Positions 16,301 through 23,623 of a DNA stretch of 24,662 nt are shown in pieces. Position numbers and translations under genes: made by a program. The stretch is from a virus. Taxonomy: Duplodnaviria > Caudoviricetes. The stretch is taken from IMG/VR virus record IMGVR_UViG_3300020042_001560, positions 1 through 24,662 of that record. One strand, given 5' to 3'. Each line of letters starts with the position of its first letter. The stretch's first letter is position 1. The notes under the pieces were generated by a model, which had not been told where the DNA came from, searched no databases, and saw only the letters and a list, made by a program, of their open reading frames with translations.

Positions 16301-17476
16301 ATAAACATACCTCAATACACAGGATTAGCGTTAGCTGGTTTGCGGATGCTGTCAGGTCGCGAATGGACGCAATTATCCCAACTAACTGCTTACGTGAAAA
16401 AAGGCATTTTGGTTGAACGTTTAATTAATGATGCTGGGCAGCCGACTAATTCATTGATTGGTCCTACAAATAACATAGCCGAGATCGTTTACAACTTACT
16501 GACAAACAAAGAATTTGGTGCAGGCAGTAAAATTACCGCCGCCAGCGTTGACCGCGACCGGATGCAAAGTGCCGCACAATTTTGCAGAGCAAATGGGTTT
16601 GTATGGGACGGTGTTCTGGAATCTCGCGTTAATTTACGCAGCTGGATTTTTGAGCAAGCTGGTTATGCCCTTATGGATTTCACGATCCTTGGCGGACGGT
16701 TTAGCCTTGCTCCAGCTGTGCCATTTAATAGTAATTTTGTTATTGATAGCAATCAACCCCCTGCTATTTCAGCTTTGTTTACCGATGGCAACATGAGAAA
16801 TATGAGAGCAACATGGCTTACCCCAGATGACCGCCGTTTATTTAAAGCCGTCATAATATACCGCAAAGAAGTAGTTAATGGATTTAGTGAAACACAAACA
16901 ATAACCATCAGGCTTGGGGATAGTGAAGGAGGCAGCGATACCGACCCAGATGAGCGTTTTGACTTAAGCAGTTTTTGTACAAACAAATATCAAGCACAAC
17001 TCTTTGCTCAATATGCTTTGCTTTTGCGTAAGTACCAAGATCACAGTATTTCATTTGAAACCACACCCCAGGCAGCGGCTGGTATGCAGCCCGGGTCGTA
17101 TATTAAAATTGTTAGCGAAGCATCGCATACCTCACGGTTTAGCAACGGCAGTATTAGTGGTGATGGCTACGTGACGACTAGCAACGGCTTGGGAGATGGA
17201 AGCCACAGCATTATCTATTGGCGACCAGGCGATACAACCGTATCATCAGCGTCGCTAGTTATCGCTGACGATGCAACAGATGATTCAGCTTTGTTTGGCT
17301 GCGTCTTTACCGTAGTTAATTCAGAAGTAAACAAACGAATCTATAAAGTAGAAGAAATTGCAATCGGCGAAGATAGCCTGATGCAAATAACCGCAAGCCA
17401 TGCTCCAGTTACTGATACTGGTGCGCTTGCTATACTAGGCATGGACCCAACTCGCTTTGTCGTTGAAGAGGGCTAA
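13256..17476 (+). CDS. Tail tip / baseplate hub, host-specificity protein (lambda gpJ-like)
   Basis: 1406 aa. 'LAALGEIQPLVF', 'PTNNIAEIVYNLLT..FGAG', 'AAQFC.ANGFVWDGV', 'ISFETTP...PGSYI'. The start could alternatively be 13289. Confidence 0.85.
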   Translation: MALLQPGTTGSMDTSGTPYGRRALLPSEVALCNTVGLTAEEYIYFCQLSDAYNGSRPAGYEHIPDIKNDFIVTPIITIVVGAAVSYGASALSPKPKAPSAPARAAAAPEKTSVAPIDTPDISGQTRFTSLYGFESLQSLAALGEIQPLVFTNYDAAAKTGGIRTKALLLWSQLLSQGSSQALKALYTLGSGELAAKPDYDGYAIGDQLLKNYTRSRLALYFRTNGGRTTEADRYAEYTLTANGVNDPFLARDEQTGTDVSLFSGVRTPGSQTVFGAYAPTNNGSPYWLPYELVMVFKTAANRIDLLKKREKLGQSYAPRQAMTHLNGSEYAAPTSGSIAVGNTMYYTVSSIDESEGEYFPHGLSDVNNGTHERRTFADDNLNVGDTYLFGSAVIQCTDVSTTNIWQVGQNKVWQFTCIEAGASYFQPTNTGRGLGNLPYGFHLMRMEYGVVANNRKCDQTEIGIKSMVWKQISGFSNVNSQPSAEVISAYEELDASITLGRVTKYIQRFSFFVLEARLAGTDAWVDLSGGTLFAVRGTTQEPIFNFIRISHSYNQYEFRLRPVAGSIVFATYINKFVNLLDGSSFTSYNVGTEQIGFSGTPFPLTPSAVCNPEFIVGIPPANHGAVTSFQASGAGIKPPGAYTWVQNDAPALEITNPSNYSAVWSRADGKQIKAYYKGANVLSQYSDPPVYPSIYKPNLAVTPILDPAKTGWVLLETRSNDNNYVRTTQGSSAVAVIWDGANVAGSSGENNVYRTGGYVRTVEGLPDGYHVLGNPQLLVFAEFAANYTGVWQHQTTGETIAYYDGVNVSNLYDANPAGRSSPFALNGINQAIIYTKGTLYFVDTSNGGPWNVYYIQAYQAQTATPTYYYYQIQKWLLESTQPEDSYDWYVYPILRGAWQGDPSKIIASYENRAITGGSGTGLSINAFSFGSNYWEFVVALPGSGYKNGESISHTLPDGTQILLIVNTADSNLAQDSINLNPYDAIADYPKYSLERSSHEDGPEHSIVYVNEQIRQINIPQYTGLALAGLRMLSGREWTQLSQLTAYVKKGILVERLINDAGQPTNSLIGPTNNIAEIVYNLLTNKEFGAGSKITAASVDRDRMQSAAQFCRANGFVWDGVLESRVNLRSWIFEQAGYALMDFTILGGRFSLAPAVPFNSNFVIDSNQPPAISALFTDGNMRNMRATWLTPDDRRLFKAVIIYRKEVVNGFSETQTITIRLGDSEGGSDTDPDERFDLSSFCTNKYQAQLFAQYALLLRKYQDHSISFETTPQAAAGMQPGSYIKIVSEASHTSRFSNGSISGDGYVTTSNGLGDGSHSIIYWRPGDTTVSSASLVIADDATDDSALFGCVFTVVNSEVNKRIYKVEEIAIGEDSLMQITASHAPVTDTGALAILGMDPTRFVVEEG

Positions 17477-17877
17477 TGCCGGCGATAGCATTCCCCAATT
17501 TAAAACCCAGTGCCCGGTCTTACTCACCAGGCGAATTTGCATCAACCGAATTTAAAGCGCTGAATGGGGCGATAACAAAACTGCGATATGGCAATCGACG
17601 CCATAACTCAACTTTATCGTTGACATTTGCCAATATCAGCGATGATAACGCAGTGTTAATTTTGGATCATTACAGCCTTATAACCGTAACTGGCGACTGG
17701 GCATCATTTTCAACCGCTAGTGCAGCGGCTGGAGCATCTGAATCATTGGTGCCGTGGCTTGCGGAAAGCGTTAGTGGGCTAAGATGGCGTTACGCATCCC
17801 CACCAAATGTAAGCAGCGTGAAAAAGGGGCTTAGCACAATTGAATGCGAGTTTATTGCCAACCTTGACGGAGATTAG
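17476..17877 (+). CDS. Minor tail protein, distal-tail / lambda gpM-like
   Basis: 'FPNLKPSARSYSPG...F...NG....RYGNR....LSLTF.NI', 'WRYASPP'; TAATG coupling. Confidence 0.55.
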   Translation: MPAIAFPNLKPSARSYSPGEFASTEFKALNGAITKLRYGNRRHNSTLSLTFANISDDNAVLILDHYSLITVTGDWASFSTASAAAGASESLVPWLAESVSGLRWRYASPPNVSSVKKGLSTIECEFIANLDGD

Positions 17878-17879
17878 CC

Positions 17880-18281
17880 ATGTCAACCAAGTATTACTCA
17901 GGCAGGGATGGTACGCTTACGTTCAATGGCGCTCAAATAGCAAAAGTAACAACGTGGAGCATAGCGGCTAATATCGAAGCGCTTGAAACTACCGTGCTGT
18001 CAGAAGATTCACGTACTTATACCCCCGGTATCAGGGATGCAAGTGGTTCATGCAGCGTTTTGTATTATGACACTGCACCGGTAGGCTTGATTCAACGGGT
18101 TATAGGCATTCCAGCAGTTACAGATTTGGATAAGTACCGCATGATTTTAGGTTTTGATGATAAGGCTATTGAATTCGATTGCATTATTACAAGTGCAGAA
18201 TTGGCTTGCAGCGTCGGCGAAGTAATGACCGCAACTGTGCAATTCACTATGACTGGTGATTTTGCCAGCTTGACCCTCTAA
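17880..18281 (+). CDS. Tail-tube-fold minor tail protein (133 aa)
   Basis: 'YSGRDGTL...AKVTTWSI...LETTVL...TYTPGIRDASGS' parallels the tube protein at 7965. Confidence 0.65.
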   Translation: MSTKYYSGRDGTLTFNGAQIAKVTTWSIAANIEALETTVLSEDSRTYTPGIRDASGSCSVLYYDTAPVGLIQRVIGIPAVTDLDKYRMILGFDDKAIEFDCIITSAELACSVGEVMTATVQFTMTGDFASLTL

Positions 18282-19141
18282 TGACAGTTTATCTCGGCAA
18301 CGCCGGAAACATAGAACTTATTAGAGATAGCGATGATGTAATTGCAGGCACTATTAATATTGCTAGTGTTGATGTTAATAAAGACATGTTTAGCTTTGAT
18401 TTTAGTTTTGGCGCATTTGTAACAGGTGATTTTGTAGAATTTAGTAGTGCGTCTACGTTGTCATTTGTATCGGGCTATGCTTACGCAAGAGGTAATTGGT
18501 TTGTTAGTGTAGACCAGCTTGGCGGGTTGAGGTTATACCCTACATATTCTGATGCTGTGGCTGACACATCAAACAATAGAGTTGCGCTAGCCTTACCTGA
18601 AGTTGCTGCTATTACGGTTAACTGCAAAATTCTTAACTCAGTGCCAAGGGTATTAGGCCAAATTGTAAGATTTGAATTATCAACTGATCGCGAAGCGGTT
18701 GATACAACAGGATTGGGCGATGAATTTAGAAATCAATACAGCACTTTAATCACTGGGTCAGGCAGTATCGAATGTATTTTTGATTATGCGGTTGCTGGCA
18801 ACATTGAGGTTGCAGTGTATTTGCATAATTTATTATTGCGGCAACAGTTTGGCAGTGATTTCAGAGCTAATTTGTATATTTTAGGCGAAGGGCAAGGGCA
18901 AGGCGTCAATGCGGCAAATGATTCGGTGTGGTATGAAATCAGTGGCGTAATGACCCAGGCAGCAATTAGTTGCGCAGCAGGTGACATAATTGGCAGTACC
19001 TTTACGTTTGTCACTACTGGCGAAATTAAGTTAAGAGTGCAAACTACTACCTGGGGCGACCTGGTTCTCAACTCTGCGGGTGATAGACTGGTACTAAGCA
19101 CCGCTGACGCGGACATCCTGGAGCTTGGAGAAGAACTTTAA
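18281..19141 (+). CDS. Tail-tube-fold minor tail protein with insertion (286 aa)
   Basis: 'YLGNAGNIEL' ... 'LGQIVRFELSTDREAVDTTGLGDEF...LITGSGS' ... 'STFTFVTTGEI'. Confidence 0.6.
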   Translation: MTVYLGNAGNIELIRDSDDVIAGTINIASVDVNKDMFSFDFSFGAFVTGDFVEFSSASTLSFVSGYAYARGNWFVSVDQLGGLRLYPTYSDAVADTSNNRVALALPEVAAITVNCKILNSVPRVLGQIVRFELSTDREAVDTTGLGDEFRNQYSTLITGSGSIECIFDYAVAGNIEVAVYLHNLLLRQQFGSDFRANLYILGEGQGQGVNAANDSVWYEISGVMTQAAISCAAGDIIGSTFTFVTTGEIKLRVQTTTWGDLVLNSAGDRLVLSTADADILELGEEL

Positions 19142-21573
19142 TGGCTAACCAGCGGATCGATCAGCTAGTTGCTGAAACAGCGCCAGCAGCAGCAGATTTG
19201 CTGCCCTTATATTCGATTGCAGGCAGTGATACTAAGAGAATTACAGTTAAAAATCTAATACAGCAAGGCGCTGCATTAGTAGATAACGCATCAATACCAG
19301 TTGCAAAAATTGCAAGCATCACCGAGGCCAACCTAGGTAACACCAGTGCTGTTGGGCAGTTTGTCGCTGGGCCAGCTGCCGCAACTGGGGCATTAACCAA
19401 GCGCCGCATCGTAGCGGCTGATTTACCATTAGCGACAACCAGCGCCGTTGGAGGTATATCCGCATCAACGGGTCTGGCGGTATCAGGCGCTGGAGCACTC
19501 ACCGTTGCAGCAGCGACAACCGTTGCAGTTGGCGGCATATCGGTTCCCAGTTCATCCGGGTTAAGTGTTTCCGCTGGTGGGGTGATATCCCATACAGCAT
19601 CAATCTCTCCTGGTACTACATCAGGCGTAACCGTATCAGCTTCCGGGCACGTAACTGCACTCGCAGCACTGGTTGGCGCTGACCTGCCACTCGCAACCAC
19701 CAGTGTGGTGGGTGGTATATCAGTCGGATCTGGTTTTGCGGTAACCGGCGCTGGTGTATTGAACCATGGCGCAACAGTAACTGCCGCAACTGTTTCAGGG
19801 ATTACATTTAACGCCACTGGTCATATCACTGCCGCTACGGCATTAGTTGGGGCAGATTTACCTGCCGCAACAACGTCTGTAAAAGGTGGCGTTTCAATCC
19901 CGTCTGGGGCGCTAAGCGTAAACGGTTCAGGTGCTGTAACCCATGACGTATCTGGTGTTACCGCTGGAACGTATCCAAAAGTAACGGTAGATACTCGCGG
20001 CCACGTAACCGCTGGCGCGGCACTTGATGCCAATGATATTCCAAACATAAGCGCCGCAAAACTTACGAGCGGAACTGTTGCAACAAGTGTTTTAGGCACG
20101 AACTCAATAACGGGCGTTAAACTTGCCAATTATTCCACTGTGCAATTTGGTGGTGCAGGTAGCACGACAGGTATTGTTACATTCCCGACACCAGAATTTA
20201 CCGGCCAAGGGTTTTTTGATAGTTCAAACGGCGATTATTACATCTACGATGGCAACACATGGCAGCCTCTAACCGTTATCAGCGGCAACCTTGTTTACGC
20301 TGGCACGTATAACGCTTCAAATAATCAAGTTGCATCAGTCACAACTGCAGGCACCGCAGGCGGCTTAGTTGTTGGCAACGCATTACCTGCTGGTTCTGCC
20401 ACGCTAAGCCAGTATTACGTTGTTGTATCACAATCCGGCAACGGCGTGTCACCTGCGCCAGTGGTAGCGCTTGCGCCACCAGACATGATTATTTGCAATG
20501 GCGCGACATGGGATCTGGTTGACGTTTCAAACGCTATCGCTGGTCAAACTGCAACCAATATTTCTGTAACGCCTTATGGCAACATTGCGTCTACTAATGT
20601 TCAGACAGCGATACAAGAACTAGACGACGAGAAGATTGCCAAGACTGGCGGCACTGTTACTGGCGAATTACTAATTGGCACTGCTGGCACGTTTGCGTTT
20701 GAGGGCAGCACTGCTAACGCCTATGAAACATATTTGTCTGCAACGGACCCAACAGCAGATCGCGCCATTGTTTTCCCCGATCTATCAGGCACTGTAATCA
20801 TTAGCGGCAATGCCTCAATTGTTAATGCGGATATAAGTGTTACCGCTGCGATTGTAGATACTAAATTGGCAACTATTGCTACAGCTGGCAAGGTTAGCAA
20901 TAGCGCTACTACGGCCACAAACAGCAATACTTTATCAGCGATTGTTGCAAGGGATGCCTCGGGCAACTTTACCGCTGGCACAATTACTGCTGCTTTAACT
21001 GGCGTTGCTAGCAGCGCAACAGCGCTTGCTACAGCGCGAACAATTCAAGGCGTAAGTTTTGACGGTACTGCTAATATCACCGTTGCAACTGCTGGCAGCG
21101 GCATCAGTGTTACAGGAACTGCAATTGCTAACACTGGCGTCTTAAGCGTAAATGGCAGCACTGGGACGGTTACTGGGATTGCGCCTACAGCGTCACCAAC
21201 ATTTACTGGCACATTATCTGGGTCTGTTGGTTCTTTTTCTAGCACCCTTAGCGATATTATTGGCAATGTTCGCAGCATCCCGCAAAACGCAAAGACTGCG
21301 GCATATCAATTACTTGCCACTGACAATGGGCAACACATTAGTATCACTACTGGCGGCGTAACTGTGCCAAGCGCTATTTTTACTGCAGGCCAAGTTGTTA
21401 CAATTTTCAATAACAGCGCAAGCAGTCAAACAATTACACAAGGCGGAAGCGTCACTTTGCGTCAGGCTGGCACTGCCAGCACAGGTAATAGAACACTTGC
21501 TCAATACGGCGTGGCTACAATCCTTTGCGTAGACAGCAACACTTTTGTAATCACTGGCACGGGGGTAACGTAA
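19141..21573 (+). CDS. Tail fibre protein
   Basis: 810 aa, A/G/T/S/V-rich. Repeats 'ADLP.ATTS..GG.S' and 'GHVTA', plus 'SGVTAGTYPKVTVD', 'LATARTIQGVSFDGTANI' and a C-terminal beta head. Confidence 0.9.
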   Translation: MANQRIDQLVAETAPAAADLLPLYSIAGSDTKRITVKNLIQQGAALVDNASIPVAKIASITEANLGNTSAVGQFVAGPAAATGALTKRRIVAADLPLATTSAVGGISASTGLAVSGAGALTVAAATTVAVGGISVPSSSGLSVSAGGVISHTASISPGTTSGVTVSASGHVTALAALVGADLPLATTSVVGGISVGSGFAVTGAGVLNHGATVTAATVSGITFNATGHITAATALVGADLPAATTSVKGGVSIPSGALSVNGSGAVTHDVSGVTAGTYPKVTVDTRGHVTAGAALDANDIPNISAAKLTSGTVATSVLGTNSITGVKLANYSTVQFGGAGSTTGIVTFPTPEFTGQGFFDSSNGDYYIYDGNTWQPLTVISGNLVYAGTYNASNNQVASVTTAGTAGGLVVGNALPAGSATLSQYYVVVSQSGNGVSPAPVVALAPPDMIICNGATWDLVDVSNAIAGQTATNISVTPYGNIASTNVQTAIQELDDEKIAKTGGTVTGELLIGTAGTFAFEGSTANAYETYLSATDPTADRAIVFPDLSGTVIISGNASIVNADISVTAAIVDTKLATIATAGKVSNSATTATNSNTLSAIVARDASGNFTAGTITAALTGVASSATALATARTIQGVSFDGTANITVATAGSGISVTGTAIANTGVLSVNGSTGTVTGIAPTASPTFTGTLSGSVGSFSSTLSDIIGNVRSIPQNAKTAAYQLLATDNGQHISITTGGVTVPSAIFTAGQVVTIFNNSASSQTITQGGSVTLRQAGTASTGNRTLAQYGVATILCVDSNTFVITGTGVT
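19415..20015 (+). repeat. Protein-level tandem repeats in the tail fibre shaft (approximate limits)
   Basis: Four (LP)xATT..xGGxS units and three T..VT...GH(V/I)TA units in alternation. Confidence 0.75.
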
Positions 21574-22448
21574 TGAGCATTATGAGCCTTTTAGCAGCTG
21601 GCGGCGGTGTTGGCACTACAACAATCATAAATATTGGTGGCACTAATTACGATTTGTCTTCCGCACCAGCAACAATTACAACTTCAAACGTAAATTACAC
21701 AGTAACATGTGGCGCAAATATTACAGTTAGAGTGCAACTATGGGGCGGCGGCGGTTATTACGGAGGCGGTGCTGGCGGTTATGCTCAAGGCGTAATACAA
21801 CTTACCAGTGCATCTAGCTATGGCTTAATTGTAGGCATCGGTGGGCTAAATGGTACAGGTGGGTTCCCGGACGGAGGCAACGTTCCTAACTATGGAACTG
21901 GAAACAATGGATGGGCTGGCGGCGGCTCTAGTCGATTTGGCCCATATTATTCAAGTTACAACAACACGTCTAACGCATTTTATTTAATTGCAGGCGGAGG
22001 AGGAGGAGGGCATGTATATACAAGCGGCGCTGGCGGAGGCGGCGGTGAAACTGGGCAAAGCGGCCCGGTCGGTGATTACAGCGCTGGCGGAGGTGGTGGC
22101 GGGACTCAATCTGCTGGAGGCACTGGCGGCGTTGCATCACAGTATGGCGGCACAGGCCAATCGGGGAGCAAATACCTAGGCGGCGATGGGGTGCTTTCAT
22201 CTGTCTACGGCGGCGGCGGTGCTGGCGGCGGCGGTTATTACGGCGGCGGTGCTGGCGGCACCGTTTATGCAGTTGGTGGTGGCGGTTCTGGTTATGTTGA
22301 TACTTCCGTCGTTAGTTCAAGTGTTCTGACAACTGCATCAACCACTACACCTCCCAACCCATTAGGCAACAAACCAGCCAATATCGCTACCCCAGGCAGT
22401 GGCGGCACCGCTTATACCGGCGCTGCTATTTTCACCCTTGTCACCTAA
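21573..22448 (+). CDS. Glycine-rich virion protein, possible receptor-binding tip (291 aa)
   Basis: Start reassigned to the ATG at 21573 (TAATG). 'VQLWGGGG...GGAGGYA.G', 'LIAGGGGGG' and 'GGGGYYGGGAG...GGGGSGY' are typical of the Gly-rich polyglycine-II domain family. Confidence 0.8.
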   Translation: MSIMSLLAAGGGVGTTTIINIGGTNYDLSSAPATITTSNVNYTVTCGANITVRVQLWGGGGYYGGGAGGYAQGVIQLTSASSYGLIVGIGGLNGTGGFPDGGNVPNYGTGNNGWAGGGSSRFGPYYSSYNNTSNAFYLIAGGGGGGHVYTSGAGGGGGETGQSGPVGDYSAGGGGGGTQSAGGTGGVASQYGGTGQSGSKYLGGDGVLSSVYGGGGAGGGGYYGGGAGGTVYAVGGGGSGYVDTSVVSSSVLTTASTTTPPNPLGNKPANIATPGSGGTAYTGAAIFTLVT

Positions 22449-22452
22449 AACA

Positions 22453-22836
22453 ATGACACTATCAGAGCCAACATTTACTTGGTCAATTACTGACCTTGAG
22501 TACAAAACTCAAGATGGCTATATTGTGCGCCCTTTCTGGCAACTAGCTGGAACTCAAGGTTCTAACACAACCTACATCAATGGCTCTTTAAGTTTTGGTG
22601 ATGGCACCCCATCTGTGCCCTTTGAATCTGTAACAGAAGAAACAGTAATCGACTGGGTTTTAAATGCTATTGGCAGTACTGAGGTTGCAAGCATTGAAGC
22701 GGCATTAGGCCAAAAGCTAGCGCAATTAAACAATCCAGTATTTAGCTTTGGACGCCCGTGGGTTGCACCTGAGGTTGCGCCAATCCAAGGAAATATAACG
22801 GTCTTACCACTTCAAAATGGAGTGTCGGCACAGTAA
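22453..22836 (+). CDS. Tail-fibre-associated protein (127 aa)
   Basis: ATG at 22453; 'FTWSI..LE...DG.I....W', 'VPFESVTEETVIDWV', 'GRPW'. Follows the fibre genes. Confidence 0.65.
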   Translation: MTLSEPTFTWSITDLEYKTQDGYIVRPFWQLAGTQGSNTTYINGSLSFGDGTPSVPFESVTEETVIDWVLNAIGSTEVASIEAALGQKLAQLNNPVFSFGRPWVAPEVAPIQGNITVLPLQNGVSAQ

Positions 22837-22940
22837 TGCGTACAGCGATTGGAATCCTATCCCTGAGCCTGCTCCTACTGACGGGGTGGAGTTTTTTAGC
22901 AATGGCAGCACTTCAACAGGATTCTGAGCCGGTAGACTAG
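22836..22940 (+). CDS. Small hydrophobic peptide, 34 aa (MRTAIGILSLSLLLLTGWSFLAMAALQQDSEPVD)
   Basis: Hand-translated; TAATG coupling; one TM/signal-like segment. Confidence 0.4.
   Translation: MRTAIGILSLSLLLLTGWSFLAMAALQQDSEPVD
22872..22898 (+). terminator. Possible weak intrinsic terminator between tail and lysis genes
   Basis: Imperfect GCTCC...GGAGT stem followed by a T run. Confidence 0.3.
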
Positions 22941-22971
22941 GTGCATAGTTGAGACCCATTGCTGCTGCCCC

Positions 22972-23211
22972 ATGATTGAACTGGTTGCGGCGATTGCGGG
23001 GGCTTCCGTCTCAGTGGCAGCCATGGGGATCTTTGGCTACAGCCGTAGGAATGAAGAAGCATCCGCCGCAATAGTGAGGCTGACAAGTGCCGTGGAGCAT
23101 ATTGGCACATCGCTTGAGACCTTGCATATTGATATAAAAGAGAGCAACAAGGAGATGTTCCAGCGACTTAACCAAGTCGAAAACCGCGTCAGTAAGCTAG
23201 AGGTGCGATAG
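22972..23211 (+). CDS. Membrane-anchored coiled-coil protein, lysis module (holin/spanin-like)
   Basis: 79 aa; N-terminal TM 'LVAAIAGASVSVAAMGIF', C-terminal heptads 'RLNQVENRVSKLE'. Confidence 0.6.
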   Translation: MIELVAAIAGASVSVAAMGIFGYSRRNEEASAAIVRLTSAVEHIGTSLETLHIDIKESNKEMFQRLNQVENRVSKLEVR

Positions 23212-23246
23212 CGGCTAGACTGAGTGTGACGTTTGCCACAGTTCTT

Positions 23247-23387
23247 GTGGACTTCCTATCCCATCCCGCGTTTTGGATTGTTGTTGCCGCAGCATCTGAA
23301 TTGATTGCTGTGTCACCACTCAAAAGCAATAGCATCGTTCAATTAGTGTTCCAGATCCTTAATCTGTTGCGCGTAAAAAAGGGCTGA
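23247..23387 (+). CDS. Holin-like small membrane protein, 46 aa
   Basis: Hand-translated from GTG: MDFLSHPAFWIVVAAASELIAVSPLKSNSIVQLVFQILNLLRVKKG*. Hydrophobic with a basic tail; upstream of the endolysin. Confidence 0.65.
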   Translation: MDFLSHPAFWIVVAAASELIAVSPLKSNSIVQLVFQILNLLRVKKG

Positions 23388-23420
23388 TCCGCTTCGGCAA
23401 AGCCGCCTGGGAGCGTGATC
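23375..23420 (+). other. Candidate programmed -1 frameshift signal in the holin-like gene
   Basis: In-frame A AAA AAG (23375-23381), 4-nt spacer, stem GATCCGCTTC (23386-23395) / GGAGCGTGATC (23410-23420). Confidence 0.7.
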
Positions 23421-23623
23421 TTGAATTTGCCATCCGTCAATGGTGGTTTGAGAAGACGTTGCCAGCAAAGCTAGACGCTGCCGAAGCTGAATGGCATAAA
23501 ACTCAACCGTTACCGCCGCCGCCAATCGTGATAGAACACCCTATCAACGATGAGTTGCAAACAGGCGCTAGTCGCTTGTTAGGTGGTGAGATTTCAATCC
23601 ATGCACCGTACGACCGCTCATGA
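23381..23623 (+). CDS. -1 frame extension of the holin-like protein (80 codons; fusion about 125 aa)
   Basis: Open frame GLIRFGKAAWERDLEFAIRQWWFEKTLPAKLDAAEAEW...LLGGEISIHAPYDRS*. It contains no ATG, and its TGA overlaps the endolysin ATG. Confidence 0.65.
   Translation, partial: GLIRFGKAAWERDLEFAIRQWWFEKTLPAKLDAAEAEWHKTQPLPPPPIVIEHPINDELQTGASRLLGGEISIHAPYDRS

Noticed and set aside
19161-21278. Long minus-strand ORFs over the tail fibre (218, 102, 86 and 77 aa)
   Set aside because: Ala/Pro/Val/Thr-rich shadows expected from A/G/T/V codons. They show that antisense openness alone is common here, so the intein ORF call rests on its motifs rather than its length.
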